From Escherichia phage ECO07P3, in the sequence record OP172786: a stretch of DNA of 64,000 nucleotides; one strand, given 5' to 3'. The stretch's first letter is position 1. Each line of letters opens with the position of its first letter. The notes under the pieces are model-generated. The model made no database searches. It was not told the origin of the DNA and saw nothing but the letters and a program-made list of their open reading frames with translations. Both the position numbers and the translations under genes were made by a program. Below, in pieces: positions 56,320 through 64,000 of the stretch.

Positions 56320-58088
56320 AAAAGCCACAAGAAATGCAAACGATGCGTAGAAAAGTTATTTCAGATAATAAACCAACACAGGAAGCGGCTAAATCCGCTT
56401 CTAACACTTTATCTGGACTTAACGATATATCTACGAAATTGGATGATGCTCAAGCTGCTTCTGAATTAATAGCTCAAACTGTCGAAGAAAAATCGAATGA
56501 AATAATTGGAGCAATTGACAGTGTAGAAAGCGCAGTGAGTGATACTACTGCTGGTTCTGAGTTAATTGCTGAAACTGTCGAAATTGGCAATAATATTAAT
56601 AAAGAAATCGGTGAATCACTCGGGAGCAAATTAGATAAATTAACAAGTTTACTAGAGCAAAAAATTCAGACAGCCGGAATTCAACAAACAGGAACTAGTT
56701 TAGCCACAGTTGAAAGCGCTATTCCTGTTAAAGTTGTTGAGGACGATACAGCTGAATCTGTGGGTCCTTTATTACCGGCTCCTGAAGCAGTTAATAATGA
56801 TCCTGATGCTGATTTTTTCCCTACCCCTCAGCCAGTTGAACCTAAACAAGAATCGCCAGAAGAAAAACAGAAAAAAGACGCATTTAACTTAAAATTATCT
56901 CAAGCTTTAGATAAATTAACAAAGACTGTTGATTTTGGATTTAAGAAATCCATTTCAATTACTGATAAAATATCAAGCATGTTATTTAAGTATACCGTCA
57001 GTGCTGCTATTGAAGCTGCTAAAATGACAGCAATGATATTGGCTGTTGTTGTTGGAATAGATCTGCTGATGGTTCACTTTAAATATTGGTCAGATAAATT
57101 TTCGCAGGCTTGGGATTTGTTTAGTTCAAACTTTACTAAATTCTCTAGCGAAACCGGAACATGGGGTCCTTTATTACAGAGCATCTTTAGTTCTATTGAT
57201 GAAATTAAAAAATTCTGGGAAGAGGGAGATTGGGGCGGTTTGACGGTAGCTATTGTAGAAGGGCTTGGAAAGGTTCTTTATAATTTAGGAGAACTTATTC
57301 AGCTTGGAATGGCTAAATTATCTGCTGCGATTCTTCGAGTCATTCCTGGTATGAAAGATACTGCTGATGAAGTAGAAGGAAGAGCACTAGAAAATTTCCA
57401 AAATTCTACTGGAGCATCTCTCAATAAAGAAGACCAAGAAAAAGTTGCAAATTATCAAGATAAACGAATGAACGGAGACCTTGGTCCGATAGCAAAAGGA
57501 TTAGATAAAATTGCTAATTGGAAAACTCGTGCATCTAATTGGATTCGCGGTGTTGATAATAAAGAAGCACTAACTACCGACGAAGAACGTGCAGCAGAAG
57601 AAGAAAAATTAAAGCAGCTTTCACCTGAAGAAAGAAAAAATGCTTTAATGAAGGCTAATGAAGCACGTGCCGCGATGATTCGTTTTGAAAAATATGCTGA
57701 TTCAGCTGATATGAGTAAAGACTCAACGGTTAAATCTGTTGAATCTGCCTATGAAGACCTTAAAAAACGGATGGATGACCCGGATTTAAACAATTCACCA
57801 GCAGTTAAAAAAGAACTTGCTGCTAGATTTTCTAAAATTGATGCTACTTATCAAGAGCTCAAGAAAAATCAGCCTAATGCCAAACCTGAAACTTCTGCTA
57901 AATCACCGGAAGCGAAACAGGTTCAGGTGATTGAAAAGAACAAAGCACAGCAAGCTCCTGTTCAACAAGCATCTCCTTCAATCAATAATACTAATAATGT
58001 TATTAAGAAAAATACTGTCGTTCATAATATGACACCCGTAACGAGTACGACTGCTCCTGGTGTATTTGATGCGACTGGAGTTAATTAA
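56316..58088 (+). CDS. 29: gp29 tail length tape-measure / baseplate hub protein
   Basis: 590 aa; gene order. Confidence 0.9.
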   Translation: MKKPQEMQTMRRKVISDNKPTQEAAKSASNTLSGLNDISTKLDDAQAASELIAQTVEEKSNEIIGAIDSVESAVSDTTAGSELIAETVEIGNNINKEIGESLGSKLDKLTSLLEQKIQTAGIQQTGTSLATVESAIPVKVVEDDTAESVGPLLPAPEAVNNDPDADFFPTPQPVEPKQESPEEKQKKDAFNLKLSQALDKLTKTVDFGFKKSISITDKISSMLFKYTVSAAIEAAKMTAMILAVVVGIDLLMVHFKYWSDKFSQAWDLFSSNFTKFSSETGTWGPLLQSIFSSIDEIKKFWEEGDWGGLTVAIVEGLGKVLYNLGELIQLGMAKLSAAILRVIPGMKDTADEVEGRALENFQNSTGASLNKEDQEKVANYQDKRMNGDLGPIAKGLDKIANWKTRASNWIRGVDNKEALTTDEERAAEEEKLKQLSPEERKNALMKANEARAAMIRFEKYADSADMSKDSTVKSVESAYEDLKKRMDDPDLNNSPAVKKELAARFSKIDATYQELKKNQPNAKPETSAKSPEAKQVQVIEKNKAQQAPVQQASPSINNTNNVIKKNTVVHNMTPVTSTTAPGVFDATGVN

Positions 58089-58096
58089 GGAATAAT

Positions 58097-59191
58097 ATGG
58101 CAATTGTTAAAGAAATAACTGCTGATTTAATTAAAAAATCCGGTGAGACAATTTCAGCCGGACAAAGCACTAAATCAGAAGTAGGAATTAAAACATACAC
58201 AGCCCAGTTTCCAACTGGGCGTGCTAGTGGTAATGACACTACAGGGGACTTCCAGGTAACAGATCTATATAAGAATGGATTATTATTTACTGCATACAAT
58301 ATGTCATCTAGGGATTCTGGAAGTCTTAGATCGATGAGATCTAACTACTCTTCTTCATCTTCGAGTATTTTACGTACAGCCAGAAACACTATCAGTAATA
58401 CAGTATCAAAACTGTCAAATGGATTAATATCAGATAATAATTCAGGAACAATAAGTAAAGCCCCTGTTGCAAATATTCTTTTACCAAGATCTAAATCCGA
58501 TGTTGATACATCATCACATAGATTTAATGATGTTCAAGAAAGTCTTATCAGCAGAGGCGGAGGTACTGCTACTGGTGTGTTAAGTAATATTGCTTCAACT
58601 GCAGTATTTGGGGCACTGGAAAGTATAACACAGGGTATAATGGCTGATAATAATGAACAGATTTATACTACAGCCAGAAGTATGTATGGCGGTGCTGAGA
58701 ATAGAACTAAAGTGTTTACATGGGATTTGACGCCACGTTCAACAGAAGATTTAATGGCTATTATTAATATCTATCAATATTTTAACTATTTTTCTTATGG
58801 TGAAACGGGTAAATCTCAATATGCCGCTGAAATAAAGGGGTATTTAGATGATTGGTATCGTTCTACGTTAATTGAACCTTTATCTCCGGAAGACGCGGCT
58901 AAAAATAAAACACTATTTGAGAAAATGACATCGAGTTTAACTAACGTTCTAGTAGTTTCAAACCCGACGATTTGGATGGTGAAAAACTTTGGTGCAACAT
59001 CTAAGTTTGATGGAAAAACGGAAATATTTGGTCCATGCCAAATACAGAGCATCAGATTTGATAAAACACCTAACGGTAACTTTAACGGATTAGCTATTGC
59101 ACCAAATCTCCCTAGTACATTTACTCTCGAGATTACTATGAGAGAAATTATTACGTTAAACCGTGCTTCTTTATATGCGGGGACTTTTTAA
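58097..59191 (+). CDS. 48: gp48 baseplate-tail tube junction protein
   Basis: 364 aa; gene order. Confidence 0.9.
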   Translation: MAIVKEITADLIKKSGETISAGQSTKSEVGIKTYTAQFPTGRASGNDTTGDFQVTDLYKNGLLFTAYNMSSRDSGSLRSMRSNYSSSSSSILRTARNTISNTVSKLSNGLISDNNSGTISKAPVANILLPRSKSDVDTSSHRFNDVQESLISRGGGTATGVLSNIASTAVFGALESITQGIMADNNEQIYTTARSMYGGAENRTKVFTWDLTPRSTEDLMAIINIYQYFNYFSYGETGKSQYAAEIKGYLDDWYRSTLIEPLSPEDAAKNKTLFEKMTSSLTNVLVVSNPTIWMVKNFGATSKFDGKTEIFGPCQIQSIRFDKTPNGNFNGLAIAPNLPSTFTLEITMREIITLNRASLYAGTF

Positions 59192-60156
59192 TGTATTCTT
59201 TAGAGGAATTTAATAATCAAGCAATAAACGCAGATTTTCAACGTAATAATATGTTTAGCTGCGTTTTTGCGACAACTCCATCAACTAAAAGCTCTTCGTT
59301 GATAAGTTCAATTAGCAACTTTTCTTATAATAACTTGGGTCTAAATTCAGATTGGTTAGGATTAACCCAAGGCGATATTAATCAGGGAATTACAACGTTA
59401 ATTACTGCTGGAACACAAAAACTGACAAGAAAATCAGGAGTCAGTAAATATCTAATTGGTGCAATGAGTCAACGTACAGTTCAAAGTTTATTAGGCTCAT
59501 TTACAGTTGGTACATATTTAATTGACTTCTTTAACATGGCATATAACTCATCTGGATTGATGATATACTCTGTAAAAATGCCAGAGAATAGATTATCTTA
59601 TGAAACTGACTGGAACTATAATTCTCCTAATATTCGCATAACCGGGAGAGAATTAGACCCTTTGGTTATTTCATTTAGAATGGATTCAGAGTCGTGTAAT
59701 TATCGTGCAATGCAAGACTGGGTCAATGCTGTTCAAGACCCAGTAACTGGATTACGTGCTCTGCCGCAAGATGTCGAGGCGGATATCCAAGTTAATCTTC
59801 ATTCTCGCAATGGATTGCCTCATACTGCGGTGATGTTCACCGGATGCATTCCAGTGTCAGTGAGCGCTCCTGAGTTATCATATGATGGAGATAACCAAAT
59901 AACTACATTTGATGTTACTTTTGCGTATAGAGTCATGCAGGCTGGAGCAGTTGATAGACAAGCTGCGCTTGAATGGCTTGAATCTGCTGCTATAAATGGT
60001 ATTCAAAGCTCTTCTGGAAATAATGGAGGTGTTACTGAACTATCTAGTTCGCTTTCACGACTTAGTAGATTAGGTGGAACTGCAGGAAGCATTTCAAACA
60101 TTAATACTATGACAGGGATTGTCAATTCGCAGAGTAAAATATTAGGAGCAATATAA
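59191..60156 (+). CDS. 54: gp54 baseplate-tail tube initiator
   Basis: 321 aa; gene order. Confidence 0.9.
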   Translation: MYSLEEFNNQAINADFQRNNMFSCVFATTPSTKSSSLISSISNFSYNNLGLNSDWLGLTQGDINQGITTLITAGTQKLTRKSGVSKYLIGAMSQRTVQSLLGSFTVGTYLIDFFNMAYNSSGLMIYSVKMPENRLSYETDWNYNSPNIRITGRELDPLVISFRMDSESCNYRAMQDWVNAVQDPVTGLRALPQDVEADIQVNLHSRNGLPHTAVMFTGCIPVSVSAPELSYDGDNQITTFDVTFAYRVMQAGAVDRQAALEWLESAAINGIQSSSGNNGGVTELSSSLSRLSRLGGTAGSISNINTMTGIVNSQSKILGAI

Positions 60157-60160
60157 CAAT

Positions 60161-60190
60161 GGGGACCTTTCGGTCCCCATGTTTTTATTT
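60161..60190. terminator. Rho-independent terminator between gene 54 and the alt region
   Basis: ggggaccTTTCggtcccc followed by atgtttttattt. Confidence 0.6.
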
Positions 60191-60475
60191 ACGGAATGAA
60201 ATGAAAGCAGCAACTGAAGCAACTAAACTGTCTTCAATATAAACTTCAATTTTTACCGGAGCTTCTGACTCAAATTTACCTGTTACCACACCCTGAAAAA
60301 TACTTTCAGTCTGTTCTGGCTTTGAAAAATTTTCAGAAGGAAAAATTCCGAACTTTTTATCTGTTCCAAAAATTTTGATAAATTCATCGTAAACTGCTTC
60401 ATTAAAAGCGTTATCAGCAGGAATAACGCCTTCAACTACAAGTTCTTGACCTAAAAAGCGCAAAGAAGATTTCAT
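60185..60475 (-). CDS. Hypothetical protein (96 aa) downstream of alt
   Basis: ORF only; no recognisable domain. Confidence 0.45.
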   Translation of the reverse strand: MKSSLRFLGQELVVEGVIPADNAFNEAVYDEFIKIFGTDKKFGIFPSENFSKPEQTESIFQGVVTGKFESEAPVKIEVYIEDSLVASVAAFISFRK

Positions 60476-60535
60476 TTTGTGTTCCTCATGTTATGTCAGT
60501 AAGACTACTATAACACAACATGAGGAACTTGTAAA

Positions 60536-62593
60536 CTACATTTTGAACTTTTTAGACATTCCGTTAATGTTAACCAAAGAAGCTAAGATTTGAGAAACTT
60601 CGTTTTCCTCTTCTTTTGATTCTTCTACAAGGAATTGATTAAATCCAGCCATTGGACGAACTTCGCCAGTTTCCATTAGATGGTCGCCATCATATACCGA
60701 TTCCTCTAATTGTTCAGAAGGAGGAACGATTGTACCTTCTATTAGATACTTGTTATAAGCAGTTTCTTTCATAAAGTACGTACTTACTTTATTAATCTTC
60801 AGTAAAATTCCGCGCGGTAGAATAACTTCAGCTTCTGATGGAAATCCTGATAAATGACCTGGAACGATAACTTTGATTCGCTCAGCCCCTTTAATTACCA
60901 TACCCACGCTAGTTTCAGCATCTTCATTCGCGTAAGCAGAGTGACTGCCCATATGCATTAAATCTTCAGCATCAACTGAACCTTCTCCTTCACCAGAAAA
61001 TACTGCACCAGAATCATCTAGGGCCATATAGTTTTTACCATACTCACCGAAGATATTTGGTTTAAGCGATGTTGATACGAAGTTCTTGAAATAGAACATT
61101 TTATTTTCAATATTATGGCGTAAAGTTTTAAAAGTAACTTCTTGTCCACGATAAAGCGTAGTTCCTGGAGGAAGAACTGATCCTTTGGCGAATGCAGAAT
61201 CCAGCGTCTCGATGTGTTTAATAGCTCGTTCCATGTATTCTTCACGGGTAGAATCTGGTTTACCCAAGAGGAACGAGTTCATTTCAACATATGAATCTGC
61301 ACAATAATCTTCAATTACATCAGACTCAGCCTGAGTTAATCCTTTTGGGGGTACTTCGGTACTTGCATATTCATACGCTTGAGAAGCAGACTCATTAATC
61401 AATTTATAAATGCCATTCATGACAAATTGAACAATAGCTATCTTTTCGTCTGGCGTGGCTTTAGAACCTTTAACTAAATCATTGACGATTTTCTTAATAA
61501 CATCAAAGCTATTAGAAATATTAATGTCAGCAAGATCGCTTAAAATTTTATCAGTTTTATAATCAAAAAATTCTTTATTCTTTAAATATTCCTGAGAACC
61601 TTGATATGTTATATCGCTCTGTAACTTGATAGATGGATCACGTAAACGCGCATGAGCCAATGCAATATGATTTCGGAAGTTTTCTAGTTCATAATCGCTA
61701 GATTTAAAACGAGAAGCACTTCTCATACCACCGATAGCTCCTTTGCTGAAGTTTGAACCAATCTGAATAACGCCAGAGTTCATTGGTCCTTCTGCTTTAT
61801 ATACCGGAACTTTAGATTCAAACTCTTGATATTTCTTGGCAGCGAAGCTATCACCCTGAAGCGAAGCATCTACAGTAGAATATTGAGCTTGCGCTGCTAA
61901 TCGACGACTAATTTTAGTTTTCTGAATAACAGCTTGATCCGTGCGCTTATCATTTTCTAAAGCAATAGAAGCAGCAACAGCAACAGCTTTAGGAACAGCA
62001 TTACCTGTTTTAACATCTACATAAACATCACCAACCTTTGATTCAACTTTTGTGAATAACTCAGTTGAAATAGGAGGTACACCTGGAATGTCTTCTAAAT
62101 TGGCATTTTTACGGTAAACCATAATATATGCATACTTTTTATCATAATCCCAGATTTCCTTTAAAAGAACATATCGACCTGCTCCTTTAGTACGTACTAA
62201 ACGGTCAGCAATAACTTGCATTTGACGAGCTGCGCCATTTGTTTTACTTTTTAGTACGCGGAATAGGCATGCGTCAATTTTATACTGTTTCATTGTTTGA
62301 AGAGCAGTATCAAAAACCGCATTAATAACACCAATTGGATTTCCACCCAAGTTTTTAAGTTTAACTAATGATAATTTCTCATTAACACCTATCATTACGA
62401 TATGCATCATTTTATCGCCTGGCTTAACGTTTTTATTTGTATCACCGCCAGAGGTGTATGTACAAAATCTAAATCCAGGAAGCACACTTTCTTCACCGGC
62501 TTGAATAGCGAAAATTTGAGGTATTTTATGCTTAGGATTTAAGTTAACAACCGGCGCCGAAGCGCCGTCAAATAATTCTGTAATAAGTTCCAT
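60536..62593 (-). CDS. alt: Alt ADP-ribosyltransferase (packaged, injected)
   Basis: 685 aa; C-terminal R-S-E type catalytic region (TLYRGQ ... FVSTSL ... EAEVILPRG); position after gene 54. Confidence 0.85.
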   Translation of the reverse strand: MELITELFDGASAPVVNLNPKHKIPQIFAIQAGEESVLPGFRFCTYTSGGDTNKNVKPGDKMMHIVMIGVNEKLSLVKLKNLGGNPIGVINAVFDTALQTMKQYKIDACLFRVLKSKTNGAARQMQVIADRLVRTKGAGRYVLLKEIWDYDKKYAYIMVYRKNANLEDIPGVPPISTELFTKVESKVGDVYVDVKTGNAVPKAVAVAASIALENDKRTDQAVIQKTKISRRLAAQAQYSTVDASLQGDSFAAKKYQEFESKVPVYKAEGPMNSGVIQIGSNFSKGAIGGMRSASRFKSSDYELENFRNHIALAHARLRDPSIKLQSDITYQGSQEYLKNKEFFDYKTDKILSDLADINISNSFDVIKKIVNDLVKGSKATPDEKIAIVQFVMNGIYKLINESASQAYEYASTEVPPKGLTQAESDVIEDYCADSYVEMNSFLLGKPDSTREEYMERAIKHIETLDSAFAKGSVLPPGTTLYRGQEVTFKTLRHNIENKMFYFKNFVSTSLKPNIFGEYGKNYMALDDSGAVFSGEGEGSVDAEDLMHMGSHSAYANEDAETSVGMVIKGAERIKVIVPGHLSGFPSEAEVILPRGILLKINKVSTYFMKETAYNKYLIEGTIVPPSEQLEESVYDGDHLMETGEVRPMAGFNQFLVEESKEEENEVSQILASLVNINGMSKKFKM

Positions 62594-62596
62594 GAT

Positions 62597-64000
62597 TTAT
62601 CCTTGAACGAACTTGTAAGGCATGTTTGTAATATCTATGCAAGACGCAATAATTCCAAGAGATGATTCTACTTTTTGTTTAACATTTGATGAAACAAATG
62701 ATGCAAAGTCAACTCTGTCTTCTATTTCAATATCACCTGTCATTGCAACTACTTCACCAGTTTCCATTAGACGGTCACCGTCATAAATGACTGATTCGGT
62801 GAGTTCTTCCGTAGTCATAACTTCAGCTTGAATGAGTTTTGTATTATTAGATGTTGTTCCGTCGTTATTAGAAGCATCAGTTATTTTATTAACTTTGACC
62901 ATCAATCCGCGTGGTAGAATAACTTCAGCTTCTGTTGCTATTCCGAGACTTCCTGGATATACAACATTAACTTTATGAGCTCCATCAATTGCCCATCCTA
63001 TTTGAACTTTAACGTATTCAGGATTTTCTTTATACGCTCTTATTTCGTTTGGATTAATAGTTATTCCTTCTTCATTTTTATCAACTGTTAATTCATTACG
63101 AGCTTCTGGTTCTAAAAGACCAATACCAGCATGTGTAATTCCAAAACGCCCAAAAATGATAGGAGTTAAAGAAGTAGATACAAAATTTCTGAAATAGAAC
63201 ACTTTATTTTTAACTAGTGCTTCGTATATAGGAGCAGTCATACTTTGTGCACGATAAACTGTAATGCCTTCCGGTATACGGTCACCATTTTCAAAAGCTG
63301 AATCTAAGTTATTTATAGCAGATTCAATTTCTTTTTCACTCATTACATCATATCGTTCTGGATTGTAGCGTCCTAAAAGAAGATTATTGATGTCAGTATA
63401 TCCTGAACCACAATACTCTCTAATGCCGCGCTTTTGTGATGGAGTATATTTAGAACCATCACGGGCAATAGTAATATCAATCATTGGACCTGCACCAATT
63501 CCAGAAAAGCTATAAATCATTCGTTTGAGGAATTTAGTTTTTGCTGCGTTCCAGGAATTTTTAGTTATTTCTTCCCAGACTTCATCTGGCTGTCCTTTAC
63601 GGGTTTTATTATGTTTATCAAGCCAAGTATCTTTATATTCTTCAAAGAATTTATTAATAGCTGCTGCATACTTCTCTAAACATTTTATTGAAGTAGTCGG
63701 TTCATTTTTGATCGCGTTAAAAATTACATCTTTAATTTTTTCAGAAACTTCATTAACCTCACTTTTTGAAAAGAATTTATAATCATAGTGAAGTTCATCT
63801 GCAGTTCCTTCAGCAATAATTTTTGCTGCCTTAGTTTTAGAAGCCAATGAATTAATTCCAAGTTTCATTTCTTCTGCTTCGGGAATTAAAGGAGCGGTAG
63901 CAGGTTTATTGAAATTAGCTGCGGTAGATTCATACTTCTGGAATAATTCGCTTTCAAATCTAGAAGATTCTAATGATTGACTTTGTGCAATTGCTCTACG
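62597..64000 (-). CDS. Second Alt-like ADP-ribosyltransferase (paralog); N-terminus lies beyond the window end
   Basis: ORF-track ORF starts at 63868 but the frame stays open to the window edge. I translated 63869-64000 in frame (RRAIAQSQSLESSRFESELFQKYESTAANFNK...), which resembles Alt residues RRLAAQAQYSTVDASLQGDSFAAKKYQEFESK. C-terminal catalytic region VYRAQ ... FVSTSL ... EAEVILPRG is paralogous to Alt. Confidence 0.75.
   Translation of the reverse strand, partial: RRAIAQSQSLESSRFESELFQKYESTAANFNKPATAPLIPEAEEMKLGINSLASKTKAAKIIAEGTADELHYDYKFFSKSEVNEVSEKIKDVIFNAIKNEPTTSIKCLEKYAAAINKFFEEYKDTWLDKHNKTRKGQPDEVWEEITKNSWNAAKTKFLKRMIYSFSGIGAGPMIDITIARDGSKYTPSQKRGIREYCGSGYTDINNLLLGRYNPERYDVMSEKEIESAINNLDSAFENGDRIPEGITVYRAQSMTAPIYEALVKNKVFYFRNFVSTSLTPIIFGRFGITHAGIGLLEPEARNELTVDKNEEGITINPNEIRAYKENPEYVKVQIGWAIDGAHKVNVVYPGSLGIATEAEVILPRGLMVKVNKITDASNNDGTTSNNTKLIQAEVMTTEELTESVIYDGDRLMETGEVVAMTGDIEIEDRVDFASFVSSNVKQKVESSLGIIASCIDITNMPYKFVQG

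Overview
This window is a contiguous segment of a T4-like (T-even, Tequatrovirus-type) myovirus genome, in T4 map orientation. Gene identities come from the supplied ORF translations compared against T4 proteins as I recall them, plus gene order; no database search was run. The major capsid protein (521 aa) matches my recall of T4 gp23 almost exactly, while lysozyme e and the accessory ORFs are clearly diverged, so this looks like a close relative of T4 rather than T4 itself. Layout: (1) 1-16006, minus strand, early/middle genes: an SLT-like secreted protein, regB, a block of small ORFs including a host-like GrcA glycyl-radical cofactor and a P-loop protein, a truncated denV, an internal-protein gene, lysozyme e, nudE, an e-region accessory block with three overlapping small membrane-protein genes, an 11-gene tRNA cluster, an ipI-type locus with two capsid-targeted internal-protein genes, then 57B, 57A, 1, 3, 2, 4. 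(2) 16054-46631, plus strand, late structural block: 53, 5, 5.1, 5.4, 6-12, wac, 13-19 (with a free-standing HNH endonuclease between 18 and 19), 20, 67, 68, 21-24. (3) 46661-64000: rnlB, hoc, inh (minus), uvsW/uvsW.1 (plus), uvsY, 25, 26 (minus), 51, 27, 28, 29, 48, 54 (plus), then two tandem alt-type ADP-ribosyltransferase genes (minus), the second running off the window. Note that some M starts in the ORF track are GTG/TTG, and several true starts are internal ATGs with better Shine-Dalgarno sequences. The most interesting candidates are the four capsid-targeted internal-protein genes (possible injected anti-defence proteins), the three overlapping membrane-protein genes sharing a C-terminal motif, the tandem alt paralogs, the truncated denV and the HNH endonuclease insertion. 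No CRISPR array, integrase or recognisable defence system was seen.
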